NCBI GenBank assembly: GCA_965204725.1
Contig: OZ242005.1
Coordinates: 2,976,001-3,040,000, forward strand
Direction: 5' to 3'
Origin: Candidatus Latescibacterota bacterium
Lineage (GTDB): Bacteria; Latescibacterota; UBA2968; UBA8231
Length of the DNA stretch: 64,000 nucleotides
Position 1 is the first letter of the stretch, and every line of letters begins with the position of its first letter. The notes under the pieces are model-generated. The model was given only the letters and a program-made list of their open reading frames with translations. It was not told the origin of the DNA and made no database searches. Both the position numbers and the translations under genes were made by a program. Shown here piece after piece: positions 29,510 through 39,350 of this stretch.

Positions 29510-29580
29510 TTGACTTAGGGCTTTAATTGGCTATATATTACAACTATTTGGCATGTCAAACATATTTTTAGCAACCTAAA
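29510..29580 (+). promoter_or_regulatory. feoAB promoter with two tandem DtxR/MntR-like operator boxes
   Basis: TTGACT...TATATT; TTTGGCATGTCAAA (29547-29560) and TTTAGCAACCTAAA (29567-29580). Confidence 0.55.
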
Positions 29581-29582
29581 CA

Positions 29583-29840
29583 ATGCCCGCCGGAAATCGC
29601 GTGAAACTCCGCAAAACATCATCTCATCTCGACTTGTCGCAGTTGCCTCGGCACGTCGAGGCCGTCATCGCCGAGATCGCAGGGCCAGCGCACTTGGCCG
29701 CCCGCCTGCGCGAATTGGGCTTTTTGCCCGGCGAGCACTTGTGCGTGTTGCGCTCAGGGGCCGCGCTCATCGTCCAAATCGGACAGACCCGCTTGGCCCT
29801 GCGGCGTCAAGACGCTGCCGCCATCCGCCTCGTCTCCTAG
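29583..29840 (+). CDS. feoA: Ferrous iron transport protein A
   Basis: RLRELGFLPGE...LALRRQDA, directly upstream of feoB. Confidence 0.88.
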   Translation: MPAGNRVKLRKTSSHLDLSQLPRHVEAVIAEIAGPAHLAARLRELGFLPGEHLCVLRSGAALIVQIGQTRLALRRQDAAAIRLVS

Positions 29841-29846
29841 TTTCAG

Positions 29847-31982
29847 TTGAGTAGCCCCGCTTTGCGGACCCTCGCACTTATCGGCAACCCCAACACCGGC
29901 AAGACCACGCTCTTTAACGCCCTGACCGGATTGTCCCAGCACGCCGGGAACTATCCGGGCGTCACGGTCGAGCACAAAGTGGGCGCGGTCGCACTCGCGG
30001 GCGGGGAAGCGCTTGAGCTGATTGACCTGCCCGGCACGTACAGCCTCGCGGCGCACTCGCCCGACGAGATGCTGGCCATTGACGTACTCTTGGGCCAACA
30101 GCAAGACGCGCCGCCCGTCGATGGCATTTTGGTGGTCGTCGATGCCAGCAACCTGCGGCGCAATTTTTACTTGGTTTCCCAACTCGCGGAAGTCGATTTG
30201 CCCTTGGTCGTGGCCCTCAATATGGGGGACATCGCCATTCGGCGCGGCATTCGCATCGACGCCCATGCCTTGTCCGAAGCACTCGGCGCGCCGGTGGTGC
30301 CTATATGCGCCCACCGGCGGCAGGGGCTAGACGAGCTGCGACGCGCCTTGGCGGCCTCGGGTGCCGGGCGGGCGCAGCAGATAGACCTGCCCGAGCCGCT
30401 CCAGCGCGCCACCGCCGAGCTACAAGCCGCCGTCTCCGGGCCGCTCTCGCCCGTAGAGGCCCTGCGCGCCCTAGTGGATGAAGATGGCTATGCCGAGCAC
30501 CGCTTGTTGGCGGCCGCTGGGGATGGCGTCGCTGGCCGCTTGCACGGCCTGCGCACGGCCTGCGCGGACTCCCTATCCGAATTGGAAAGCAACGCCCGCT
30601 ATGCTTGGATCGATGGCCTGCTCGCGCGGGCGATTTCTCAGCCCAGTCGCCTACAGGGCCGCCGCTCAGACCGGGCCGACCGCATTCTCGCGCACCGCTT
30701 TTTTGGCACGGCGATTTTTGTGCTGATCAACCTCTTGGTCTTTGAAGCCATTTATACGTGGTCCGGGCCGCTGATGGATGCCATTGACGCGCTCTTTGCC
30801 GTCGCCGGCGACCGCGTCGCCGCGTTCATCCCCCCTGGCCCCCTGCAAAGCCTCGTCGTCGATGGTCTCATTGCCGGCGTGGGCGGCGTCCTCATCTTCC
30901 TGCCTCAGATCGCCATCTTGTTCTTTTTTTTGGCCCTGCTCGAAGACAGCGGCTACATGGCCCGCGCCGCGCTGTTGATGGATCGGCTGCTCACCCGCGT
31001 GGGGCTTTCTGGCACGGCCTTCATTCCCCTGCTGTCCAGCTTTGCCTGCGCCGTCCCGGGCATCATGGCCGCCCGCACCATTGAAGACCGACGCGACCGC
31101 TTTGCCACCATTTTGGTCGCGCCGCTGATGAGCTGCTCGGCGCGGCTGCCGGTGTACGTGCTGTTTATCGGCACCTTTGTCCCAGATCGCTCGCTGTGGG
31201 GTGGCATCATCGGCTGGCAGGCTCTGACCTTGTTCGCTTTCTATTGCCTCGGTGCGCTCGTCGCCATCCCGGTGGCTTGGTTGCTCAAGCGGACCTTGCT
31301 CCGCGGCGATCCGCCGCCCTTTCTGCTGGAGCTGCCTTCGTACAAGATACCCGATCTACGCACGGTGCTGCTGCGCGTACATCACAGCAGTCGAGCCTTT
31401 GTCGTCCGCGCTGGCAGCCTCATCTTGGCGACGACGATTGCGATGTGGGCACTGGCGTACTTCCCGCGCTCGGCCGAGGTGGTTGAGCGCCACCAAGCTG
31501 AGCGCCAAGCGGCCGAGCCCGAAGCCCTCGACGCCTTAGAAAAGCACCAAGCGGCCGATCTTGTCGAAAACAGCTATCTCGGCCAAGCCGGGCATTGGGT
31601 CGCGCCGGCCGTGCGCCCTTTGGGCTGGGACTGGCGCATTGGCATGGCGGTCATCGCCTCGTTCCCGGCCCGCGAAGTCATCATCTCGGCCTTGGGCACC
31701 ATCTACAGCCTCGGCGCGGGCGAGGACGAAGGCTCTGAGAGCCTACGGGCGACCTTGGCCGCGGCCACGTGGCCGGATGGCCGCCCGATTTACACCTTGG
31801 CGGTCGCGCTGTCCATCATGGTTTTTTTCGCCCTTTGCGCCCAGTGCCTATCGACCTTGGTGGTCATAAAAAAAGAGACCGGCTCCTATAGCTGGTCCCT
31901 GTTTAGCTTTGGCTATATGACCGCCCTCGCCTATGTCGGTGCGCTGGCGACCTACCAAGTCGGCACGGCTCTGGGGTTTTGA
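29847..31982 (+). CDS. feoB: Ferrous iron transporter B
   Basis: GNPNTGKT, NYPGVTVE, DLPGTYSL, LEDSGYMAR, CSARLPVY, FLLELP. Confidence 0.96.
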   Translation: MSSPALRTLALIGNPNTGKTTLFNALTGLSQHAGNYPGVTVEHKVGAVALAGGEALELIDLPGTYSLAAHSPDEMLAIDVLLGQQQDAPPVDGILVVVDASNLRRNFYLVSQLAEVDLPLVVALNMGDIAIRRGIRIDAHALSEALGAPVVPICAHRRQGLDELRRALAASGAGRAQQIDLPEPLQRATAELQAAVSGPLSPVEALRALVDEDGYAEHRLLAAAGDGVAGRLHGLRTACADSLSELESNARYAWIDGLLARAISQPSRLQGRRSDRADRILAHRFFGTAIFVLINLLVFEAIYTWSGPLMDAIDALFAVAGDRVAAFIPPGPLQSLVVDGLIAGVGGVLIFLPQIAILFFFLALLEDSGYMARAALLMDRLLTRVGLSGTAFIPLLSSFACAVPGIMAARTIEDRRDRFATILVAPLMSCSARLPVYVLFIGTFVPDRSLWGGIIGWQALTLFAFYCLGALVAIPVAWLLKRTLLRGDPPPFLLELPSYKIPDLRTVLLRVHHSSRAFVVRAGSLILATTIAMWALAYFPRSAEVVERHQAERQAAEPEALDALEKHQAADLVENSYLGQAGHWVAPAVRPLGWDWRIGMAVIASFPAREVIISALGTIYSLGAGEDEGSESLRATLAAATWPDGRPIYTLAVALSIMVFFALCAQCLSTLVVIKKETGSYSWSLFSFGYMTALAYVGALATYQVGTALGF

Positions 31983-31995
31983 AATGGGTTTGCAG

Positions 31996-32247
31996 CTAAC
32001 GACCAAACAGTTCTCGGTGGATTTCAGCGCGTGTACGTCCAAGATATTCGGCAACATCGGATATAATCGCGCTCAAGGTGCCGACATGTACGTTTCGATG
32101 ACGCGGGATCGTCACCCTATGTTCGGTGCCTTGATCGGCAGTAGTCAGCATCATGTGACTGCCTTTCTGTCGGATGAGCCGGTAGCCGTAGTGACGGCGT
32201 AGTAACTTCGCCAAGTCATCGCCGGATAAATCGCGGGGCAATTTCAC
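31996..32247 (-). CDS. hicA: HicA-family mRNA interferase toxin
   Basis: MKLPRDLSG...RQKGSH...VTIPRH...VGTLSAII. GTGA overlap with the upstream gene. Confidence 0.9.
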   Translation of the reverse strand: MKLPRDLSGDDLAKLLRRHYGYRLIRQKGSHMMLTTADQGTEHRVTIPRHRNVHVGTLSAIISDVAEYLGRTRAEIHRELFGR

Positions 32248-32456
32248 AGGACCACAGCTTCTTCCTTGACGAGATGCAGCCGGATGACTTGGGGCGCACA
32301 GCCCTCGTCGAAATGGCAGAGTACGGCGTCTTTCGCCATGGCCTTCAGATCGGCCCAATCCTGTCCTTGCGTAAAGATGCTATGGCCCAACGCCTTGGCG
32401 TCATAGCCGCCTTCGGTCGCCTCGGTCACTTCAAAAATAATTTCGCTTGGTCTCAT
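32244..32456 (-). CDS. hicB: Short HicB-like antitoxin
   Basis: EIIFEVTEATEGGYDAKALGHSIFTQGQDWADLKAMAKDAV. Coupled to hicA. RBS GGAGG. Confidence 0.78.
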   Translation of the reverse strand: MRPSEIIFEVTEATEGGYDAKALGHSIFTQGQDWADLKAMAKDAVLCHFDEGCAPQVIRLHLVKEEAVVL

Positions 32457-32551
32457 TATGGGACCTCCAGTTAGTGAGCCTAGATCAAGCCTGAACTCGA
32501 TTTAGGGTTTAGCACGGGCGTTGTGACGCTCGGCGTAGTCGTCAAACTTGA

Positions 32552-33916
32552 TCACTTTGCCAAAAGCTCCCCTGCATCGCCGTCGTCGGGCAGGCGGGCC
32601 GCCTCGCGCACATCCACTTGGCCGGTGACTACATCGGCGATCAGGCGTGTGCGGTATTCGCTCAACAATTCGATTTCCCGCCGGGCGCGGGCCGTAGCGG
32701 CGTCGATGGCGGCGGTCTGTTTGTCCAAATACGCGGCGATGGCGGCTTGCTCGGCGAGAGGTGGGATGGGCAAAAGTGCGGATTTGATGGCATGATGAGA
32801 CAAGCCATAGCGAGTTACCCCGTTGGCCGCTAGGTGAAACTGAGAAGCAATCGCCGAACTCTGTAAAGAATGAAAAAGATACGCACCGTTGAGCACTGCT
32901 TTCAAAGGACGAAGCAAGGCTAAATGGTATCCGCAAACCAAATCTTTGGCCGAATACTCAACAAACGCTGGCACCCCAATGTCGTTCCATACTTCCGAAT
33001 CTTTGGTAATCAGAACATCGCCTAGTTCTAACCGAAAGCGATCCATTTCGTCCGCCTTAGCCGTGGCTCGCATAAACGGCACACTCTCGGTAATGCGGTC
33101 GTTTTTGTACACGTCAACATAATTGCAAAGTCGGACGGGAAGTTCATCGTCTTTGCTATGTTTATCAACGTTACTCACTCGCATATTGACCGTGTGTCGC
33201 AGCCGCCGGACTTCCCAATGCGCCGGCACCTCGCCAAGCCACTCCACGCCAGAGGGCTTGAGGGGCACATCCGGGTCAAGTCCGCGTGTGACCGCCTCGT
33301 GGACGACAGCCTGCCGATACTCCTTGAGCAACTCGATGAGCCGTTCCCTGCTGCGGAGGTAGCGGGCGATGCGCCCGTCGGTGTGGTCGAGGTAGCGGAC
33401 GATGGCGGCTTGTTCGGCGAGGGGTGGGAGAGGGACTAATTGAGAACCAAATTCTGCATACCTAAAATCTGATGACCGTTCTCGGATGCCCTTTGCAAGT
33501 GCTTGTATCCATTGATTTCGTGCCATTTCTCTCAAGGTGTAAGCATAATAGTAAGCGTTAGCTCTCGGATTAGCTCGGCAGACGGAATAAACAGGCGTCC
33601 CCTTACCATCAGAGTCAGCAACCCCAATTGCCCCGGCAAAAGCATCCATAGCGTGGATTACCAAGTCTCCCCGGCGAATGCCTTGATAGCCAATCTCCTT
33701 TATGGATTCCGTAAATCCTAGCTCACGCCGATTCTTCCTAAGCGTTACGGTGCCATCGCGAAAGCATGTAACGGTTTCATCACCCTCTCGAACGGACCTC
33801 CCCATTTTCTGAAATAACCATTTTGCACGCTCAACATGCCAATGCGCCGGCACATCGCCGAGCCACTCGACGCCGGAGGGCTTGTAGGAGGGATAGGGTT
33901 TCAGGTCGGCGGTCAT
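32552..33916 (-). CDS. hsdS: Type I restriction-modification specificity subunit (copy 1)
   Basis: KPSGVEWLGxVPAHW and PPLAEQAAI each occur twice, two TRDs, EYRTRLIADVVTG. Confidence 0.93.
   Translation of the reverse strand: MTADLKPYPSYKPSGVEWLGDVPAHWHVERAKWLFQKMGRSVREGDETVTCFRDGTVTLRKNRRELGFTESIKEIGYQGIRRGDLVIHAMDAFAGAIGVADSDGKGTPVYSVCRANPRANAYYYAYTLREMARNQWIQALAKGIRERSSDFRYAEFGSQLVPLPPLAEQAAIVRYLDHTDGRIARYLRSRERLIELLKEYRQAVVHEAVTRGLDPDVPLKPSGVEWLGEVPAHWEVRRLRHTVNMRVSNVDKHSKDDELPVRLCNYVDVYKNDRITESVPFMRATAKADEMDRFRLELGDVLITKDSEVWNDIGVPAFVEYSAKDLVCGYHLALLRPLKAVLNGAYLFHSLQSSAIASQFHLAANGVTRYGLSHHAIKSALLPIPPLAEQAAIAAYLDKQTAAIDAATARARREIELLSEYRTRLIADVVTGQVDVREAARLPDDGDAGELLAK
32598..33435. repeat. 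~0.84-kb direct repeat shared by the two hsdS genes (partner 48133-48970)
   Basis: Near-identical central spacer, second TRD and C-terminal conserved region. Confidence 0.9.
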
Positions 33917-33971
33917 TCCACTATCCCAACGTCACAACGAATGATTTATTGCCCAACGCCCACACGCCGAT

Positions 33972-35378
33972 CTAGTCCACCCAGCCCGCCGAACAATCGC
34001 CACTCCTGTTTCTTCCAAACTGATCTCGACTGTTGTCGGGTGACGTTCCATCTCTTCTTTGGAATGCCTTGTGAATCCACCGGCGAATTTGCTCCGTCGC
34101 CTGCTGGCCGGGCCAATTGTAAATGCAGGCGTAGGGATCATCGTCTCCGCAGTTATCCGCCAGCCTCGGCGGTATCAGGTGAGGATGGTACTTTCCCGTC
34201 CCAAAATCCGGGTGATTGGGCAACAGAATCCCCAACAGACCACAGCGGGGGTTCTTATCCGTTTTCCTCAAGCTGGAACCGATCTCCCAATCCACATGCT
34301 TCCGTTGCCAAGTGCAAGGGCCGATCAAAACGATAGTAACGGTTGCGTCGGCAATGAAGTCGTCGCGGATTTTCTGGCGAATCGTTTCCGTTTTGATATT
34401 GAGGTCGTCAATGTCGCCATCCTCGACTGATTTATCTACCATATCCTCGCCCATCATGCGGACGAACAGGTCCTTGTAGTCTTGATCATCGTGATGGAAA
34501 CTGACGAATACTTTGTGCCTATTTGTTTGGCTCATATCTTTCTCCTTTTGGAGTCCAAGGCGGTGTAGCCCCCGCATGACCAGTATGGTTGCTTGATCTA
34601 TGTGCGGTGTGCGGGCGAGGGTGGCGTTTTCATCCTCCGAAAGCCCATTGCTCAAGTATGTGCTGGCATCCCTCAAGCCAGTATCGGACGAGAACGCCGC
34701 GAATTTCTGGCGGCCCGGCCAATCCGGGCGGGAGCCTGCCCAAGGCTCAACCAGCCCGAGGGTCTCGGCAACGTCCCGGGTACAGCCGCCGAAGCCGCCC
34801 AACAAAAATAGCGGTTGACGTTTCTGGAGCGACAGCAGGGCTTCCTCCGCGATGCCGGGCATAATGCCTTTGTAACCGGCGACTTTCCCACCTAATACGA
34901 CTCTCGCTTGGGTCGCCTCGCGCATGACGCGCCGCATAGCGGTCAATCCAGTGGCCCATTCCTCGTCGCTTGGCTGATGCAACGCACGTTTGTGCCATGT
35001 CGTCGGTTCCAAACGGCGACCTTTCTGCGTTAGGCAGACCAAATCGCCGGTGCCAATAAGGCTGTCGGAGATCGCCTTGAGTTCGTCTGTGGCCATACTT
35101 ATGTGGACCGGCCATGCGAGGTAATTGGTCACGCCAATCTGGGTTTCACTCGTCTCGCGCCGATAGCGACTCACCAGTTCAAACAACCATTCCGTAAACC
35201 CGTCCTTCCGCAGATCGCCACCGTATGCGAGGCGAGCACCGGACGAAAGTAGATGTAGTGGGAGTCTATCCATGGCGTCGCGCAGATGCACATCGCTTAG
35301 CCCAAATACCGACAGGTCTGGGCTTTCCGATATCGAGATTGCCACCGTATTGCCAGCAATCGTTGGCATATAGGCCAT
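33972..35378 (-). CDS. SLOG-domain protein fused to a C-terminal ThsB-like (DUF1863/MTH538) TIR domain
   Basis: N-half: RLAYGGDLR, NYLAWP, ARVVLGGK..GYKGIMPGIAEE, FLLGGFGG (SLOG-like). C-half from Met 34535: HKVFVSFHH, VTIVLIG..TWQRKHVDWEI (TIR with catalytic Glu), with its own RBS AAGGAG. Confidence 0.8.
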   Translation of the reverse strand: MAYMPTIAGNTVAISISESPDLSVFGLSDVHLRDAMDRLPLHLLSSGARLAYGGDLRKDGFTEWLFELVSRYRRETSETQIGVTNYLAWPVHISMATDELKAISDSLIGTGDLVCLTQKGRRLEPTTWHKRALHQPSDEEWATGLTAMRRVMREATQARVVLGGKVAGYKGIMPGIAEEALLSLQKRQPLFLLGGFGGCTRDVAETLGLVEPWAGSRPDWPGRQKFAAFSSDTGLRDASTYLSNGLSEDENATLARTPHIDQATILVMRGLHRLGLQKEKDMSQTNRHKVFVSFHHDDQDYKDLFVRMMGEDMVDKSVEDGDIDDLNIKTETIRQKIRDDFIADATVTIVLIGPCTWQRKHVDWEIGSSLRKTDKNPRCGLLGILLPNHPDFGTGKYHPHLIPPRLADNCGDDDPYACIYNWPGQQATEQIRRWIHKAFQRRDGTSPDNSRDQFGRNRSGDCSAGWVD

Positions 35379-35380
35379 CG

Positions 35381-36073
35381 CTACACCTCCGTGAGCCACT
35401 GGCTCAAGTTTAGCAACCGAACATGCGGCGCGATTTTCTCAAACAACTGTTCCTCCTCAGCCCCCAATGGCGGGTCGGGATATACAATCGTGGGATCCGC
35501 TACATCCGTGTCAGTCGGCAGGGCCGGAGCAGAAATCAACTCTGGGTTCGCAAAAGAGGTGAACGCCGGATTCGCAAGAGAGATTAACTCTGGAGGTCTT
35601 GGCATGAACAAGGCCCCCGAGTTGGATCGCCCTGCGAGCTCGACGCAGCATTGCCAGAGAAAGTCTTTGAACACTTCGTCGAGCAAACGACCAATGACCA
35701 CCTCGATGCGACCTGTCTTATCCGGGTCCATCCGCACGATGGGCACATTGCCCATGTATGGAAAGCCGCGCTCGTCAATATCTGTCATACAATTGATCAC
35801 AATCATCGGAACATTCTGGATTTTCGCTTCGATGATCTCGCGCCGACACCATTCGCGTGACGAGTAGGAATCAGTATGTACAGCCACGACCACGCTTCTC
35901 TTAACTTGGTGGTAAAGGACATCCTGAAAGCGTACACCCGCGGGAATATCTATCATGTCGAAAAAACTCGACAGCCCGCTGTTCTGGTGCAACCAATCTC
36001 GAATACTCTTGGCGATGAGTTCTCCATCGCTGTCGTGTTTTGAATGACTGAGAAAAATCTGCACTTTCTCCAT
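35381..36073 (-). CDS. TIR-domain protein (TIR_2-like)
   Basis: IFLSHSKHD, FFDMIDIPAG, TDSYSSREWCRREI. Confidence 0.88.
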   Translation of the reverse strand: MEKVQIFLSHSKHDSDGELIAKSIRDWLHQNSGLSSFFDMIDIPAGVRFQDVLYHQVKRSVVVAVHTDSYSSREWCRREIIEAKIQNVPMIVINCMTDIDERGFPYMGNVPIVRMDPDKTGRIEVVIGRLLDEVFKDFLWQCCVELAGRSNSGALFMPRPPELISLANPAFTSFANPELISAPALPTDTDVADPTIVYPDPPLGAEEEQLFEKIAPHVRLLNLSQWLTEV

Positions 36074-36127
36074 TCAGTTCACCTCGGTTCCTCCGCTGGG
36101 CATCCACCCGTCCGCCCGTGCCCTTCC

Positions 36128-37699
36128 TTACATGCCCCAGATGTCGATCTCCGTCCCACGGTCCGATACGCGGCGATCCCGAAACACCTTGTCGTCCCAA
36201 CGCCGACCTGCGCGCCGGTCGAAAACCACCAAATGACCCGCCTCTGCATCGCAACGATCCATATACTCGGCGGTCTGCTCCAACCCCTCGGCGATAGTTT
36301 GCTCCAAGCTCTTGTGGAGCACTTTGCACTCGATCACGAACTGGCGCGTGCGCTCGCCCTGCGGCCAGACGATGAGCAGATCGGTGCGTTTCCGACCCAA
36401 GCCATACTCGCGCTCAATCCGCCCGCCGCTGTTGACGAGCCGTTGCAAAAACGCCTGCAACAGCAACTGCGGACCGGCCTCTTGATACTGGAATCGCTTG
36501 ACCCAATGCTCGGAGTGTTCGCGGAAGAACGTCTGGAACGCGGTCAGCAACTTGACCACATCCAAGTTGCCGTCGGCATGGATGTACCAAGCCGTGTCCT
36601 GATCAAATTCCCCTTGAATGACCCATGTCAGTTCGCGGGGGATGACCTCGGCATAAATCGAATTGGCAATGCGATACGGCAGGTCCTGCGCCACGAGGCC
36701 GAGATCGCGCACGTATTCCAAATCGCGATCGGTGAAGTGGCGTTCCTCGGCCCCGCTCAACAGCGGCTCCACGATGCGCCGCACGCGCTCCTCTTGGAGC
36801 TTATCCGCCAATTGGTCGAGGTGCGTTTCGCGGCGGAGGATGAGCCGCTCTTTCGCCTCGACGATGGCCGCCGCCGTGATTGGATCGCGCCGGTCTGCGG
36901 CCCCATCGCGGAAGCAGGTTTGATCTGCCAAGGCGTTGACCAGCCACGGCTGCCCTTGGGTCTGCGTCCAGATCGTCGCCAGTGCGTCTGGCGTGAACAC
37001 CTGACCCGTTTCATCGGTGTGTTGTGCGAGCAGGGCCTGCACCTCGTCTTGCGAGAAGTCGCCCAAGCGCAACGATTGTGTCTTGATGTTGAACGCGCTC
37101 CCCCCGGCGATAGTCGCGTTGGCCGCAGTGGAATGGATACGGTAATCGCGCACATCGCGCACACCGCACAGCACCACGCTTTGCGGAAACCCCTCTGGGC
37201 GCAGATCGTAGCCCGCTCGTAACTGCCGCAACACGGACAGGAGTGCGTCGCCGATCAGCGCGTCGATCTCGTCGATGAGCAGCACCAGCGGTTTCGGGGA
37301 CGCCGCGGCCCAACGGGTCAACGCCTCGCGCAAAGCAACGTGCGGACCGTACTTGGTCAAGATGTCGAGCCAAATCTCGTCTAGAAATTCGTCGCCTATT
37401 AAACGCGCCCGAGATGCCAACTCGCCCAGAATGGTGCGCGTCACTTGTTCCACATCTTCGCGTGCGGCTTGCCCACCCTCGACATTGACGTACACGCAAC
37501 GATAGACGCCCTCGGCGTTGAGCAGGTCGCGCAGAGCCAGCAAGGCCGAAGTCTTGCCCGTCTGCCGAGGTGCGTGTAGGACGAAATACTTCTCGTCCCG
37601 AATGAGGGCGAGTACATCGTCGAGGTCTAAGCGTTCCAGCGGCGGGATGCAATAGTGCCTTGCCGGCTTGATGGGGCCGGCGGTGGTGAAAAAGCGCAT
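36128..37699 (-). CDS. AAA-type ATPase with C-terminal PD-(D/E)XK-like domain (paralog A)
   Basis: Walker A APRQTGKTS, Walker B LLIDEID; C-terminal REYGLGRKRTDL...IECK. Confidence 0.85.
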   Translation of the reverse strand: MRFFTTAGPIKPARHYCIPPLERLDLDDVLALIRDEKYFVLHAPRQTGKTSALLALRDLLNAEGVYRCVYVNVEGGQAAREDVEQVTRTILGELASRARLIGDEFLDEIWLDILTKYGPHVALREALTRWAAASPKPLVLLIDEIDALIGDALLSVLRQLRAGYDLRPEGFPQSVVLCGVRDVRDYRIHSTAANATIAGGSAFNIKTQSLRLGDFSQDEVQALLAQHTDETGQVFTPDALATIWTQTQGQPWLVNALADQTCFRDGAADRRDPITAAAIVEAKERLILRRETHLDQLADKLQEERVRRIVEPLLSGAEERHFTDRDLEYVRDLGLVAQDLPYRIANSIYAEVIPRELTWVIQGEFDQDTAWYIHADGNLDVVKLLTAFQTFFREHSEHWVKRFQYQEAGPQLLLQAFLQRLVNSGGRIEREYGLGRKRTDLLIVWPQGERTRQFVIECKVLHKSLEQTIAEGLEQTAEYMDRCDAEAGHLVVFDRRAGRRWDDKVFRDRRVSDRGTEIDIWGM

Positions 37700-37772
37700 G
37701 GTTTAAGTCTCCCGTTCAATGGTCTGTTCCGATCAGCCGCCCGTCTGCCCATACCCCCGTGCGTACCCTTCT

Positions 37773-39347
37773 TCACATCCCCCAGATGTCGATCTCTGTC
37801 CCACGGTCCGACACGCGGCGATCCCGAAACACCTTGTCGTCCCAACGCCGGCCTGCGCGCCGGTCGAAAATCACCAGATGACCCGCCTCTGCATCGCAAC
37901 GATCCATATACTCGGCGGTCTGTGCCAACCCCTCGGCGATGGTCTGCTCCAAGCTCTTGTGGAGCACTTTGCACTCGATCACGAACTGGCGCGTGCGCTC
38001 GCCCTGCGGCCAGACGATGAGCAGATCAGTTCGCATGCGACCCAAGCCATACTCGCGCTCAATCCGCCCGCCGCTGTTGACGATCCGTTGTAAAAACGCC
38101 TGCAATAGCAACTGCGGACCGGCCTCTTGATACTGGAATCGCTTGACCCAATGCTCGGAGTGTTCGCGGAAAAAGGTCTGGAACGCGGTCAGCAATTTGA
38201 CCACATCCAAGTTGCCGTCGGTATGGATGTACCAAGCCGTGTCCTGATCAAATTCCCCTTGAATGACCCATGTCAGTTCGCGGGGGATGACCTCGGCATA
38301 AATCGAATTGGCAATGCGATACGGCAGGTCCTGCGCCACGAGGCCGAGATCGCGCACGTATTCCAAATCGCGATCGGTGAAGTGGCGTTCCTCGGCCCCG
38401 CTCAACAGCGGTTCGACGATGCGCCGTACGCGCTCCTCTTGGAGCTTGTCCGCCAACTGGTCGAGGTGCGTTTCGCGGCGGAGGATGAGCTGCTCTTTCG
38501 CCTCGACGATGGCCGCCGCCGTGATTGGATCGCGCCGGTCTGCGGCCCCATCGCGGAAGCAGGTTTGGTCTGCCAAGGCATTGACCAGCCACGGCTGCCC
38601 TTGAGTCTGCGTCCAGATCGTCGCCAGTGCGTCTGGCGTGAACACCTGACCCGTTTCATCGGTGTGTTGGCCGAGCAGGGCCTGCACCTCGTCTTGCGAG
38701 AAGTCGCCCAAGCGCAACGACTGTGCCTTGATGTTGAACGCGCTCCCTCCGGCGATAGTCGCGTTGGCCGCAGTGGAATGGATGCGGTAATCGCGCACAT
38801 CGCGCACACCGCACAGCACCACGCTTTGCGGAAACCCCTCTGGGCGCAGATCGTAGCCCGCCCGCAACTGCCGCAACACGGACAGAAGCGAGTCGCCGAT
38901 CAGGGCATCGATCTCGTCGATGAGTAGCACCAGCGGTTTCGGGGACGCCGCGGCCCAGCGCGTCAATGCCGTATGCAGAGCAGCCCCAGGTCCGACCTCG
39001 GCGAGAACACCGGACCAGATCTGGTTCAAAAATTCGTCGTCCAGTGTCAAACTCGCTCGGAGTGCCAATGTCGCCAGAATAGTACGCATGACTTGCTCTA
39101 CATCTTCGCGCATAGCTTGCCCACCCTCGACATTGACGTACACGCAACGATAGACGCCCTCGGCGTTGAGCAAATCGCGCAAGGCCAGCAAGGCCGAAGT
39201 CTTGCCCGTCTGCCGGGGCGCGTGCAGGACGAAATACTTCTCGTCCCGAATGAGGGCGAGTACATCGTCGAGGTCTAAGCGTTCCAGCGGCGGGATGCAA
39301 TAGTGCCTTGCCGGCTTGATGGGGCCGGCGGTAGTGAAAAAGCGCAT
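37773..39347 (-). CDS. AAA-type ATPase with C-terminal PD-(D/E)XK-like domain (paralog B)
   Basis: Near-identical tandem copy of 36128-37699 with the same motifs. Confidence 0.85.
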   Translation of the reverse strand: MRFFTTAGPIKPARHYCIPPLERLDLDDVLALIRDEKYFVLHAPRQTGKTSALLALRDLLNAEGVYRCVYVNVEGGQAMREDVEQVMRTILATLALRASLTLDDEFLNQIWSGVLAEVGPGAALHTALTRWAAASPKPLVLLIDEIDALIGDSLLSVLRQLRAGYDLRPEGFPQSVVLCGVRDVRDYRIHSTAANATIAGGSAFNIKAQSLRLGDFSQDEVQALLGQHTDETGQVFTPDALATIWTQTQGQPWLVNALADQTCFRDGAADRRDPITAAAIVEAKEQLILRRETHLDQLADKLQEERVRRIVEPLLSGAEERHFTDRDLEYVRDLGLVAQDLPYRIANSIYAEVIPRELTWVIQGEFDQDTAWYIHTDGNLDVVKLLTAFQTFFREHSEHWVKRFQYQEAGPQLLLQAFLQRIVNSGGRIEREYGLGRMRTDLLIVWPQGERTRQFVIECKVLHKSLEQTIAEGLAQTAEYMDRCDAEAGHLVIFDRRAGRRWDDKVFRDRRVSDRGTEIDIWGM

Positions 39348-39350
39348 GGT

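Noticed and set aside
36044-37222. 392-aa plus-strand ORF (and its counterpart at 38127-38927)
   Set aside because: It is antisense to the ATPase genes, and it is broken in the second copy while the minus-strand frame is preserved.
36128-39347. Pure assembly artefact for the tandem ATPase genes
   Set aside because: The copies differ in a discrete block, in scattered substitutions, and in their stop codons and 3' flanks. An artefact is unlikely, although long reads are needed to exclude strain chimerism.
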